The notes under the pieces: generated by a model | Database searches by the model: none | Told to the model about the DNA's origin: nothing | Seen by the model: only the letters and a program-made list of their open reading frames with translations | Assembly: GCF_009914755.1 (NCBI RefSeq) | Contig: NC_060937.1 | Direction: 5' to 3' (one strand) | DNA length: 64,000 bases | Origin: the human T2T-CHM13v2.0 reference genome, Homo sapiens | Position numbers and translations under genes: made by a program | Part shown: positions 1-16,696 of the stretch, piece after piece | How the letters are laid out: each line of letters begins with the position of its first letter | Position numbering within the stretch: the first letter of the stretch is position 1

Positions 1-2603
1 CCCCCCACCCACCCCGCCAACCCACTCCCTTGGCTTTCCATCTCACTCAGGGTAAAACCTGAGTCCTCACGATGGCCTGTTAGGGTTTCATGCCTGGGCT
101 CCCTGTGATGTCTCTGACACCTACCACTGACTTGGGCTCTGCTGTCATCAAACATTGCTGACTTCCTCACTGTGGCCTTTTCTCCTGTTATTCCTTCAGC
201 TTGGAATTCTTTTCCATCAGCTATCTGTCAGAACCTTGCTCAAATGACATTCTTCCTTTTTTCAGCCTCTCCCAATCCCACCAATAATAAAAATATTGAT
301 GACAATAACAGTAGTAATAGCAATAAAAACATGGTCTTTTCTACCTTTGTTTACAGTTTTTGTCAAGGGTCTCTCCACTCAGTTCTCTGGGAAGAGGCAC
401 AATTTAAACAGCGTAAGTGCCAAAGATGAGGATGTAGATGTTCTCTACTGTCTCACAGGTACCACCCTGGGAACTCACATGCTAAAAAGTAATGTCAAGG
501 ATACTGACCAATATTGTGGTACTCATTTGCAAAGCTAGCTTTAATTAGATTTTTTTAAAAACTTATATTTGCAAGATTAATATAAAGTAGTGAGTGAATT
601 AATACAATTGTATTGCTTGATGTCCATTTCTTTTCTTCCTGCATCTAGGTCGAAAATTTAATTCCTAGCTTTGTGGTTTCTTCCTAAAAAATGGTCATTT
701 GTATTCCAGAATCAACCTCTCCTCACCGATCAAGTCCTCAGGGGACATCTGAAATAATCCTAATGGAGGGTGCTGTCAGCCGCCGCTGCACCTGCTAAAT
801 GTCTTGAGATCCGCAAAGGCTCACCTGAATGCTTTGCACAGTTGCCTCTGAGGAACATGTGTCTTGCCTCATTTGCACTTCTTTGGACATTTAATTGCAG
901 TATGCATCACACTCCACTGCAAGTATTTCTTTAGCTGTCTGCCTGAATTCATATCCTCTGAGCTCTTTAAGGACAGGATCTTTAGTAATCATGCTGAAAA
1001 ATCCAAACAGTTCACAAGCAGAAAGTTCCGCATGCCCCTAATCCTTCACTTCTACTTCCAGAAAGGTCCCCTGTTAAATCTCTGAAATACCTTCCTGAAT
1101 TTCCCTATGTATAAACAAGCATGTATCTATACATAGCAGGCGTGATTATTTTCAGGACCTCACATTCAGGAGTGGAAAATGTAACTTTTTAAAAATAACA
1201 TTTTAATCTCTATTTTGAGCACCAGTTCTGTCAAGAAGCAGAACACGTTATGTTTGTCAACTCAGAGGAAACTCAGGCATTTCAGGAGTTTGCAGTCGCT
1301 GGAGGAGCTTCCTCTCTGTTCTTCCGCCCTGGATTATTGTCATTCTTGCTGTTGTTCTAGATTCTGGGGGTGGGGCGTTGTGGAGGTGGCCAGCTATCGG
1401 TCAGATCTAAACACACTAGCATCTACTTTGGTGCCCACTGCCCACATCTGGCTCTGGGCTACTGCTGTCCATTCGCCCTCCACCGTGGCATCAGGTATAG
1501 ACCAGGTGGCTGAAGCTGCATCTGCTAATGGGGTTGCCTAATGCCGACCCAGAGCTTCCAGCTGGCTGTGGATTCTTTCCATGAAACCGGAGTCTGCTTC
1601 CTGGACCCCAGCCAGTGAAGGTGCCCCAGGCCCATCGGCCTGGCACACCTTCTACCTCTCTCTCTATGCTCCTGTGTCACGACAGCAAAGAGAACGTCCT
1701 TGTTCTCTTGCTCCCCTACCTTCTCTGCGGCCAGCCCAAGGTGGGCGGGGCTCTGGTCCTCTGCACGATGTTACTCCCACCAGCTCTCCTCTGTCCCCTG
1801 CTCCCTTCTCTCCTGGAGTATTTTTATCTCCTCTAAAGCAGGAAAACTGGCTCTTGGATCAACAGTCATTCTTTCCAACGCTATTTGTTTAACCCATTGT
1901 CTCTGCCAGTAGTTTCAAAAGTCTATTTTGAAATTAAAAAGCTGAGAATTAATTCTTTTATTCTCTGTTCAGTTGTGGCCCTGCTTCCCTGAGGCCCAGA
2001 AGGCCCTCATTGCTTCCTGCAGTGGGTGTTGGGGTACAGAGGTAATGGCAATGATGGTGATGGCGGTGGGGAGGAGGACTCAGTAAACAAAGGATTCTCC
2101 CACCACATTTACAGATTTTTTTTTTTTGGCCCAAAAGTGTAATCCTTCTGTACCTACTATTCTAGTTTGCTTTTTTAACTTAATAAAATATACGGGCTAT
2201 CTTTACAAATCATTACTTATATATCTAGCTCATTCCTTTTCACATTTTCATAATATATCTTTGTCTTGATATACTATTTTTATTAACCAGTCCACTGTTG
2301 ATGGAAATTTAAGTAGTTTCAGGTTTGGCTTTCCAAACAAAGCAACAATGTGCATCCTTATAAACACATACTGGCTTATTTATAATGGGATATCCATAGT
2401 ATAGTTTGCTAGAAATGGAATTGCCAGATCACACAGTATATCCACTTTACATTTTGGTTCATATTGGCACACCATTTCTAAAAATGTGTACCAGTTTACA
2501 CTCCCAGCAAAAGGATATAAGAACATCAATTTCCTACAGCATTTACCAACACTAGACATTTGTCAAGCTAGAAATTGTACTTGGTTCTTTTGGGGTTCTT
2601 ATT

Positions 2604-3897
2604 TTTTATTTTATTTTTGAAACAGGGTCTTGCTCTGTCATTCAGGCTGGAGTGCAGTGATGCAGTCTCAGTTCACTGCAGCCTCAAACTCCTGGGCTCA
2701 AAGCCATCTTCCTACCTCAACCTCCCAAGTAGCTGGGACTAACACGTGTGTGCCACCACGCCTGGCCTGGGGGGTTTTTTTTCATGTAAATTGATCACTC
2801 ATTTTCTCAGACCAGTTTTTTTCTACTAAACATTTGTGTTTCTTATTGATTTATAAAAGGCCTTCATATGTGAAGGAAATTCTACCTTTGACTACTTTTC
2901 TTAATTTGCTTTATTTTTAATTTCATGAATGCCTTTTTTCTGTGTAAAAGTTTAAATGTTGTATGGAGTAAAATATGTGAAATCTATTCTTTTCTGCCTT
3001 TGCTAAGACACCCAGGAAAAACTTACCTCATTTAAATAATAAATTAATATTAATTTATATTTTATTATCATGCTTTTTTGTTTTTCTATTTCACACCTTA
3101 TTGAAATTTATTCAGGTGTAAAGTATAAGGTGGGGATATAATGTTATATTTTTCCAAATATTTCAAATACCTTTTATTGAATATTCTTTCTATGGAGTAC
3201 TTTTAAGGCAAAAGTATTACATGTAGCTCTACGATATAATCTTAACAATTTGGGGATTATCCAGGACAGGGGCTTTTCTCACTCCTCTTTCCCCAGTCAC
3301 TTCTTCCTTAAAGTAGGCCAGTGAGGCATATTTTTACCTTTATATGGATCTAATGAAGAGAGGAGACCAAGGCAAATGACCCCAGTTGGCTCTTCTTCCT
3401 TCCAAAGGACGGGAGCTATTGCGGAGAGATACGGGAGCTATTGCGGAGAGATGCCGAAGCACACTCCGCGGAGGGAAGCCGAAGCACACTCCGCGGAGGG
3501 AAGCCGAAGCACACTTGTTAGAGGCAGAGCTTGTTAGAGGCGGAGGATTTCTGCTAGTAGTGTTGGACTCCTTGCTGAAAGTAAGTCTAGGTGTTAGCAG
3601 TGACTCAGCAGGCTGTTCTCTTGGAAGGTGACTTGTGCACAACCCTGAGCAAGTCATAGCCACCATGCCTGCTCTGAAAATGCAGAAAATGAAGATTGGA
3701 GTCCTGAGCCTAATGTGTATTCCTTCCTCTTTTGCTGACATTCTCTGTTTTTTATTTTTAATTAGTTCTTTGTTTTGTTTTACAGACAGGGTCTCGCTAT
3801 GTTGTCCAGGCTGGAGTGCAGTGGCAATTCACAGATGGGATCATGATGCACTACAGTCTTGAACTCCTGGGCTCAAGGGATCCTCCTGCCTCAGCCT
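2604..3897 (-). mobile_element. Two partial Alu monomers (2604-2768 and 3770-3897)
   Basis: CAGGCTGGAGTGCAGTG and CTCCTGGGCTCAAG motifs. Confidence 0.8.
3409..3545. repeat. Three abutting tandem duplications (22 bp x2, 25 bp x2.5, 16 bp x2)
   Basis: ACGGGAGCTATTGCGGAGAGAT x2; GCCGAAGCACACTCCGCGGAGGGAA x2.5; CTTGTTAGAGGC(A/G)GAG x2. Confidence 0.95.
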
Positions 3898-5865
3898 GTG
3901 TGAAGGTCCCAAGGTGGGGCGTGCCTGGCACGGTAAAGGTCCAGCGAGAATCTCTGCATGAGTGAAAGGAAGAAGAGGGTAAAAGGCCAGAGAAGTGAGT
4001 GGGGTGGGACCTCCAGGGCCTACTTGCAAATTAGTAAAATCATACTTCATTTTCATTGCCTTTTTTCTTTGTACTGCAAATGGCTAAATATTAAAAGTTA
4101 ATCCAAATAGCACCAAAATAACTCATTTAAGCAACTTACGCAGTCAATCAAATTGGCAGTTAATGTTTTCCAATACAGAATAGGCTATATATTTGTAGCA
4201 AAATAATTCAATGTTATATGGTAATAAAACATATAGTTATATATACATTATATAACATATAACAGTTATAAACTTAGTAAGCTAAAGTCACATGAATATG
4301 TTTGTTATAAACATAATTCAAGTGAATTTATATAAATAGAATTCAATACAATAGAATTCCAATTAATAATTTTGTCATATTATAAATTCATTAAGTTAAT
4401 TCTAGTTAAATGAAAACTGCTTTTCAAATTCTAAACATGTTATTGGGGTGGAGGACGGAAATGGACAAAATAGAAATATGCATGTTATATATGGCTTTTT
4501 CCTAACTTCTTTCTCACAGAACAAACAAACAAACAGGCAAATTAAAACAGAAACAAGGAAATGACAAGAAACAATGCCTACTGATATTTTGTCACTTCCT
4601 CGGGAATTTTTATTTGCCTGTTATTCGAAGAGGCACTATTGTCTCAGACCAGCTCTCAGAACCAGGACTCAGAGTTGGGCTTATATAAATGCCACTGGAT
4701 CTTTGATTTTAACTCACTGGGTAGCTTAAATGCATGACTTCACTTCCAGTCTTGGGTTTCCTCTTCAGGAAAATAGAATAACAATATTGAATGAACTCTC
4801 TGGGATAAAGTGCTTAAATGTTGATAATCTAAATTTTTTTGGTGACAGATCAGGGAAAAATAAGAAAAATGATAGTTTATGTCAAATTGCAAATTTTTCT
4901 GATAATCAATGCTAATGTAGTTTATTCAGTAAATATTTATCATGTGATAAGTTAGGTAGGAAAGCTTGCAAAGAGCCCACGAGGGTATGTTTGGACAGGT
5001 AGGGAAATAAAAAAGTGTCAGAGAAGCTTATCCGGGACAGTTTCAGGAGGAAGCAAATGTCCAGTGGCTTTAAATATCACAAAGAAATTAGGTGTGTCCA
5101 GTGCAGTTGGCATTTAGGAGTTTATTTGAAATTTTAATGACTTTGGTTTCTATTGTGTGTGGTGTTTTAGAAGATATCAAGCAGTCTCACATGCATATTA
5201 TCTTGTATTATGTCTGCTGAATTACGAGAGTTGTTTCTGTGTTCCGGATTGGACTCTAACTAACACACAGGGCCTATCAGCTAGATCATGGAGGAAATTT
5301 AAATTTGTTGGGTAGATGGAGCTAGGTGGTACTGTCCCTGCCCACCCCTACCTACATCACTGATATATATGACAGCCAGGAGCCTCCTGGGGGAAAAAAA
5401 TCTTACTTCCCGAGTTGTAGACACAGATATGCACATATGGAGAACTGACGTATGGGTGCGTTTTAAGACTAGGAGTTGTGATGAGACGTGATAAATTACT
5501 AGAAGAATATGGACCCTCTGACAGAGAGACCTCCATAAAAGGAGTCAGATACAATGATGAGTTAAAAAAAATAGCCTGTGGCCACAATGTGGTGGCCCCC
5601 GTATGAACCAGTTGCAACCACGACAGATAGTTTGTGCACTGAGGGGAAAAAGCTCTGTGTGAACTGAAAGAAGAACCTTAATAAGCTCTGGAACACCTCT
5701 CCAGCCAGATAATCTTGCTGTGGGATTCCTCTAACAGACCATTACTCAGGTGGAACAGAGCCACTCACTTATGTATGCCAATTTGTCATGATGCCCTGAG
5801 CTTCAAGAAGATCTGCACCTTGGAAGAGCAAGAGTATTGCCATCAGCACAGCCTCAGCTCAGTGG

Positions 5866-5907
5866 AGTTTAAATCACTTAGTTTAAATCAATAAGTTTAA
5901 ATCACTT
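5866..5907. repeat. 14-bp tandem repeat x3 (AGTTTAAATCACTT)
   Basis: Directly visible; middle copy has 2 mismatches. Confidence 0.9.
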
Positions 5908-6172
5908 AAACTTATTGTCTCCCTCTACAGCCCCAGTCTTTTGTAGTTCTTTTTGTAGATGTAGAGTGTGTTGAAATATTCTTTTAGGTTCTATATTTGC
6001 AAAAGACCCTTCTGCCTTAAACACAAACAACAACCAAAACAAAACAAGTACTACACAAAAAACCAGTGAAGTGGCATTATGATGAGTTTGTAGTGAGAAT
6101 CAAGTATTTTTAAAAGTTCTATTATAATTTTATCCTTGTTCCCTCTTGAATGAATTTAAAAATCTTATAGTC

Positions 6173-6480
6173 GGCCGAGCACGGTGGCTCACGCCTATAA
6201 TCCCAGCACTTTGGGAGGCTGAAGCGGGCAGATCACGAGGTCAAGAGATTGAGACCCTCCTGGCCAACATGGTGAAACTTCGTCTCTACTGAAAATACAA
6301 AAATTAGCTGGGCGTGGTGGCATGCGCCTGTAGTCCCAGCTACTTGGGAGGCTGAGGCAGGAGAATTGCTTGAATCCAGGACATGGAGGTTGCAGTGAGC
6401 AGAGATTGCCCTCTGCACTCCAGTCTGGTGACAGAGTGAGACTCAGTCTCACAAACAAACAAACAAACAAAAACAAAAAC
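6173..6480 (+). mobile_element. Alu (AluSc-like) with (CAAA)n tail
   Basis: Full dimer; TSD core CTTATAGTC on both sides. Confidence 0.92.
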
Positions 6481-7269
6481 TTATAGTCATTGAATCTCTG
6501 AATGATAACTCTCTCTCTTCTCTTCATCTATTTCCATTAAATATCCCATGTCTTTATAGTTCAAGAATTCGACAAGTAGGTATTCAGAATAGTCCTCTAG
6601 GTATTCAAGAAAGATTTGTTGTTCTTAACTGAAGATAAATTGTTTTCAATGATTTCTATCAGTGTGCTTTCTAGTATATTTTTCTTCTCTTTTTCTCTGG
6701 CAACACAATTCACAGATAGAATTAGATCTGTTATTTTAGGTCTATACGAGTATTTTTAAAAGAAAAATCCTTTCAATTTTAAACCATCTTTCTTGGATTT
6801 AATTTTCTATGGTTGTTGAACTTTTAAAGATACTTGCAACTCTCTCAGTGGGCTTAAGATAGAAGAGGCACCTCACATTGTTTATTTCTTCTTTAAAAGC
6901 TAATTCAGTGGAGCTCAAATGGCCAGGTGACAGTCTCAACTTTTATGTCAATAAAAGAAGCATTGTTATAGACTTCAGAGGAATTATTACTGCCTTGAGA
7001 ACTATGTCGTTAAACCAGCGGAGCCTAAAGTTGTAGGATGAGAAGCAAATATTTGTGAGTGAGTTCTTACATGTAGTAGTGAGAGGAGTGACTTCTGCTT
7101 TCACACCTCAATGTTATATACAGCTTTTTCCTAACTTCTTTCTCATAGAACAAACAAACAAGCAAATTAAAATAGAAGGTAGTATTCTGGCTGTAGGAGA
7201 AACACCACCATATATTGGTCACTTTAGTCACTAGTTCAAAGAATGTATTTTTTATTCGACCACAAAATA

Positions 7270-8240
<971 letters not shown>

Positions 8241-10026
8241 TTTAAAAATAAATGTTCAGTTATGTCAGAGAAAATGACCTAACTTATGTTCAGTCCCATT
8301 TCTTCGTTGTCTTCACGTCAAAACAAAACAAAAATAATAAAGGAGATGACAAAGAAGATGATGTTCTGATTGTTTTTATCATCATGACAGTGATGGTCTT
8401 TTCTCCAATTAGTAGCCTAAAACTTACTTGTTTGCCTATGATGTATTAGATTAGCTAAATAATCCTCAAAATATTCGAAAAGTACAAACTTTAAAATAAA
8501 AGAAATTCTTAAGCAGCTTCCACTTTTCTATATATTATGAAGTGATGATTGGATAAATTTGAATACATGATATTTTGAATCAATATTTGGTTATATTGAC
8601 AATTATATAAGTGTATCATATAAATAATTACACAGATTATGTATAGATTTATAGATGTGGTTACATTGATTATATTGATGTAGATGTTATAATTATTTTC
8701 TTCAATTAATCAAACCTTGCAAATAGTTTACTGTGTAACCTTCCAAACCTTTTTATATGCATATATATATGAACACACACTGTTTGTTTTTAATATGGCA
8801 TCCTACTGCACATATTATCCTATAACTTGCTTTTAAAGATATTAGAGACATCTGTGGATGGATGTAATCATTGCAGTTTTAGGAATTGCATTGATTTGAT
8901 AGCTTAATTTGGGGAAATTTTATGTATGTATAATATTAAATCTTTCTATCTAGGAATAAGATATATATTTTGAATGTCCTTTAGCAAAGTTTTACAGTTT
9001 TCTTCATGTAGGTCTTATATTTCTATTTAACAAAGGCATTTTATATTTTTGTTGCTATTATGAATAGCATTTTTAAAAAGTAAAACTTGTTGCTATTGCT
9101 TCTTATAAAAATCTGTAGCAGTAATAGAAGGCCTTTGTGTTGTCTCCTCAGTTTTAGTGGACAAATGTTAAGGACGATATTTGCTGCTGGTTCTGATTAA
9201 TACTCCTTTTCAACTTGGGAAATTGTCTCTCTTTTCCTAGCTTATGCATAGCTTTTATTGAGAATAAGTGTTGAACTTTATTACATGCTTTTTGAGGGTA
9301 TCTATTGAGCTGATTCTTGGAATATTCTTCTGAAGGAATTCCAAAACCAGATTCAATCATCTTCTGGATCTTCATACCTGGATTAGTGGGATGAAATTAT
9401 CAGTTGTATAAAATTGTTATATTTGTTGAAGATGGCCTTTAAAGTCACTTCAATAAATCTTAAAATTAGAGTTACTTATGTATCAATAACACCTGTTGGC
9501 AAACTGTACCTATTGAGTTAATTTATTGAATTGACATACAGAAGTCAAACAGAGAATAGAAAACATAGTAAAATGGAGTTAAGACAGATTGTTTCTGTGT
9601 TTCTTCCAACAACTGGTAAAGCCACTTATGCATTCACATACAAATTAAGAACAGTTTTATTATCTTTACAGAGCCTCTTCCAAAGTAAATTGTAAATACC
9701 TCAATTAAACTTTGAAATTTTATTGGAAAATGCCATATTATGCACGGTTGACAAAGATTTATGCACTATGGTTGACAAAACCTTTAAGACTCTAAACTAG
9801 ATATAAATAAAGTTCAAGCTCCTAACTGTAACCCCCAGGAGGATGGGACAAAAGGAGGGATGGCACGTGTAGAGAATAGTTAGGAGAACTGGATGAGGTG
9901 ATCTCAAATTCCTCTTCATAGACTAAAGCCATTTCAACCCTCACCCACAGCATCCATCTGATATAGGTTTCTCTGAGTCTGGGAACCACATTATTTATTC
10001 AAATAATAATCTAAAAAGTGAGCATG

Positions 10027-10332
<306 letters not shown>

Positions 10333-10739
10333 TTAAATTATTGAGGACCTTGGATATCCATGTTGAAGAGTTTGAACTTGATTCTGTAGGCAGAGGTGTG
10401 TTCTTGAAGGAACAGGAGACTATCATAGAAGTACACATTTATACCTAGACCCGTTCTGCTGTGAAGATGGAATGGGAAGTAATGCTATGTATTTCCATAG
10501 ACAAAATTAAAACTCTATCCTCTAGTCATTGTTTTTCCTTCTCTATCTAGGTTTATCTGTCTTACTTTCACTTTACCTACTGCTGGTCATCTGCGATGGT
10601 GGTGAAGATCATGCTGGAAAGAGCACTGTGAATAAAAAAATAACAACAACAAAACAGTGGTGAAGACAACATAGTTACTGTAGGCTATCCTGAGATAAAC
10701 AGCATCATCATGTGTGAATTCTGTTTTTTTCATTCTTAG

Positions 10740-11082
<343 letters not shown>

Positions 11083-11976
11083 ATCAGAAGTATTTTTAAA
11101 AATACTTCTGTTTTCCTGTCTTTGCCAACATCTTAGAGCCAATCTACAATTAAAAATGGATCCAAGGTAGTATTCCACTGTGAGAATGCCCGTGGCTTGT
11201 TCACAGTCCCTCTGGACTCTGCCACGGGCTCCCAGGTTGGTTCCAGTTACAGACCTCTGCTGTCTATAAGCCAGCAGGGAAGATAGAAAGGTAAGCAAAA
11301 AGGCTAGTCACAGTGGTCTGTGAGGTTTGACAGCAGGCCTCATAGAGGTCCCCATGGATGCTAGAGAAGCCTAGATTGTGGCTAGGGATGCCAGAGTCCC
11401 AGAGTAGTGAAGTCCATCAGTGAACAGATACAAAGGCACAGGTGGATCTGCCATAATTTCTCCTTGGGCAGAGGTAAGACTAAATTAGATCATCCAAAAT
11501 CCAAACATCAACAACATTGCTAAAGAAAAACTCTGTACCAGAAAGGCCTTGGCTTATCAGGTTGGTACAGAAACAGGGGTTATCTGGTTGGCCAGCAGAG
11601 CAACACAGGGCATTACAAATGCAGACAGCAGTTGCCCAGGAAACAGTCTTAGCTTTAGACTGGACCACAGAAGCTGAAAGTGAGAGAGATGGTGGCTTGA
11701 GATCTTAGAGGTCAGGAAAGAGCCATGTGCATCCACATCTAATTGCTTTTCACAATGAGGACTGGAAATAGCAGGAGGGTTTAATGCTCCATAGTCAGGG
11801 CTAGGGCCTGGACTCAACGTGGTTAACAGAGGCAGAGGGAAGAGCCCCAATAATAAACTGTAATATCTGTTGACAACATATCCTCGGTCTTGGGAAGGAT
11901 GAAAAGGATTCCCGGAACACTGTGGCTAGAGGGACATAACAAAATCATGTGGGGACCTCAAAGCATTGAGCCTCCC

Positions 11977-12307
11977 TGCTATGGTCTGAATGTTTGTGTT
12001 CCTCTGAAATTCATATGCTTAAATTTATTCACCAATGTGACAGTATAAGGAGATGGGGCTGTTGGGAGGTGATTAGGTCATGAAGGTGGAGCTCTCATGA
12101 GTGAGATTAGTGCCCTTATAAAAGAGGCCCGAGGGAGCTCTGTTGCTCCTTTGCTGTATGAAGAAGTGGGCTCTCACCAACACCGAATTTTCTGGTACTT
12201 TGGTCTTGGACTTCCCAGCCTCCACAGCTGTGAGAAATAAATTTCTGTTGTTTAGAAGCCACCAAGTTTATGGTATTTTGTTACAGCAACCCAAATGGAC
12301 TAAGGCA
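11977..12307 (+). mobile_element. MaLR solo LTR (MLT1A-like)
   Basis: TGCTATGGTCTGAATGTTTGTG ... AATAAATTTCTGTTGTTT ... GGACTAAGGCA. Confidence 0.8.
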
Positions 12308-13029
12308 CCCCCATGCCATTGGTCCTGAAAGGACCCTCAAGGGTTGAAGGTACTGCTAGGCCCCAGCCTCTTGAAAGCATAGGCAGGGGTCTTCTTATGT
12401 TGCACTGATCTCCTCCCTTCCGATTGACCATTGTGGTGGCTAATCAAAAACCAGAGGAATGCTGGCCCTTGTTCTCCTTTCTTCCTCTGCTCCCTGGGGG
12501 TGTGGTGTGGTGGGGATGAACACACACACACTCACACACACTCAGGATGTGTTATTAAAGCACAATTAGAGTGGTTGGAGCATTCTGCCAAGACAAGCAA
12601 AAGCCATAGGTCTAACTAACCAAATCCAGATGGGTTGTTTTTTAACACAGTCTTAGGCTCTTTCTGCTCCCCCTTGGGATTCTCTTTCTCTCGTTGATAT
12701 TCAGGTTGACAGGCCTGAAGATCCTTTCCTGACCCAAGAAGGACAAAGATGGGCAGCTCAAACTAAGCAGTGTAGTATAGTATTGAAAAGCATGGACTTT
12801 AGGGCTAGGCTGCCTGGGTTGAAATTCCAACCCTGCCATTTACTGGGTGTGTAACCTCTCAGTGCTGCATTTTCCTCATCTGTAAAATACACAAACAATA
12901 ATACCAAGCTCCAGGGTTCCTTTGAGATTTAAATAAAGGAAAATGTGTAAAGTTCTTATAACAGTCTTTGGTTTATGGTAGATGTTACATAAATGTTAGC
13001 TTTTAGACACTGGGCCAAAGTACTTATGC

Positions 13030-14990
13030 CACAATAATTTATTGAGCATCTACTATGTTTCAGGCACTTAAGTCCTGGTAATAAAGCAGTGAATAAGATC
13101 AGGTCCCTACATATATGATGCTTACCTTCTATCATGAAGGCCATTAGTAAACCAACGAACAAGTAAAGAGAGAAGATAAGAGACAGTGATAAGTGCTATG
13201 AAGAGTATAAAACAGGTTGAAGTGATGGAGAATTACTGGGGGGCTACTGTAGTTTGAGTGCAGAGACAGCCTCTTTGGGGAGATGACACTGAGTGAAAAG
13301 GAGCCAGCCATGCAGAGATCAGTGAAAGAGCATCACAGGCAAAGAGAACAGCTTGTGCAAAGTCTCCAAGGCTGGAAGACACTCGATATATTTGGGAACA
13401 TAAAGGACAATGTGGCTGGAGTATAGAGAATGGAGAGTGGTATGACATGAGATCAAGGAAGTAGGCAGAGGACAGATCATAAAGGACCTTAAGAATTTTA
13501 GAATGTCTGCAAGAATTTCAGATATCCTCTGAGTGGTATATGAAGCCATTAGTAAATGTTAAGCAGACGACTGACATGGTCTGATTTATGCTTTGCAAAA
13601 ATCACTTGGTCTGCCATGGTGAACATGGATTGTACAGGAGGGGCAATAGTGGAAGCAGGAAGACCAGTTAGGAGATTGATGCAATAGTCCAGGTAAGAGA
13701 TCACGGTGACTTGCACTAAGGTGGAAGTAGAGAGAGCTACAGGTGGATAGATACACTTTGGATGTAAAGTGTATGGATTTGATTTTGCTAATGGATGGGA
13801 TATGGGGGTTTAGGATAAAAGGGAACTCATTCTAGGTCTTTGACTTGAGCTTCTGTGTAAATATTGATATTTTTATTGGTATAGGGAAACAGGGAGAGAA
13901 GCAGGTTGTAGGGAAAATCTATTTAGAATATATTAAGCTTAAGATAAGTTTAAGAGGGCACATGGAGATGTCAAGTATGCAGGTGGATATATGAGAATGG
14001 AGTGTAAAGGAACATTCAGGTTTGGAAATATAAATACAGATGTCATTGTGCAGGGCAGGAAAGCCCCAAAATGGAACTTAGCCCATGAAGATTCTTGGCT
14101 TTGCCCAGGAAAGAATTCAAGGGCAAGCCAGAGGTAGAAGAAAACAGCTTTACTGAAGCAGCAGTGTTACACCTCAGACATGTTACAGCTCTATGACTGC
14201 TCCTGGAGAACAGGGATACCCCCTAGACAGAAAGTAGCAGCTCGGGGAAGTTTTGCAGTCATATATATATACTCACTTTTAATTGCATGTACATTAAGGG
14301 GTGGTTTATGCAGAAATTTCTAGGGAAGGGGTAGTAACTTTTGGGTCATTGCCATGGAAAGGGGCAGTAACACTCAGGTGTTGCCATGGCAATGGTAAAT
14401 TGACACAGCACACTGATGGGCATGTCTGATTGAAAACTCCTTTTGCCCTTGTCCAGTTTTGGCTAGTTCTCAATCTGATCCAGTGTCTGAGCCCTGCCTC
14501 TGGAGTCAGGTCCTGCCTCCTACCTCATCATCAGCATCTAGTTGGAAGAGAAATCCATGAAATTGACTGAGAGTACCTGGGAGGAAAGTATAGATGGAGA
14601 AGAAAAAAGGCCCTGAAATTGAGCTCTGGGACACATCAACAGTCAGAGGTTGGGCAGAAGAGGAGAGGCTAGCAAAGGAGTCTGAGGCATGGTCAATGAG
14701 GTGGGAAGAAAACTCAAGGAGTGTAATAGCATGGCTCTTTGTAAACACAGAAGCCAAGAGAAGGAAGAATTTCAAAAAGTAGGGAATGGTCAACTGTGTT
14801 GAAAGGTCAACTATTGTAGAAAGGTTAAGTTAGATGAGGACTGAAAATTGTCCATTGGATTTGGCAACATGGAGGATGCTGGTGACCTTGGCCAGAGAGG
14901 TTTCTATGATGGGGGAGGAACAGAAGCTGGATTATAAGTGACTCCTGCAGAGGGTGGGGAGTGGGGAAGTGGAGTCAGTGACTGTATTTT
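13030..14990 (-). mobile_element. Old L2 LINE fragment interrupted by the LTR above
   Basis: Reverse L2 3' end TTTATTGAGCATCTACTATG; purine-rich L2 body continues across the LTR (GATGTCAT|CAGCATCTAG); CCATTGGATTTGGCAACATGGAGG motif. Confidence 0.75.
14047..14527 (-). mobile_element. ERV1-class solo LTR (MER66-like) inserted into an L2
   Basis: TG...CA ends; 4-bp TSD TCAT at 14043-14046 and 14528-14531; minus strand starts TGAGGTAGGAGGCAGGAC. Confidence 0.8.
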
Positions 14991-15146
14991 TTGGACTGCT
15001 CTTTCCTCACCATTAGAGTAAGTAGTAAGGAAAGAAGGCAAGGAAAGGCCAGTTTGTTTTTCAAGGGAAAATGGGTAAGAAAGGCCTGCCTCTAGCCTAG
15101 CTCAGCTCAGCAAGGGACTGCATCAGAGGCACACTGCTTCTTCTTC

Positions 15147-16696
<1,550 letters not shown>

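Noticed and set aside
1215-1912. GC-richer patch with several short ORFs
   Set aside because: No recognisable protein similarity or exon structure; may be regulatory or an old repeat, but cannot be supported.
3409-3545. CRISPR-like appearance of short repeats
   Set aside because: No unique spacers, three different units, no cas genes, mammalian context.
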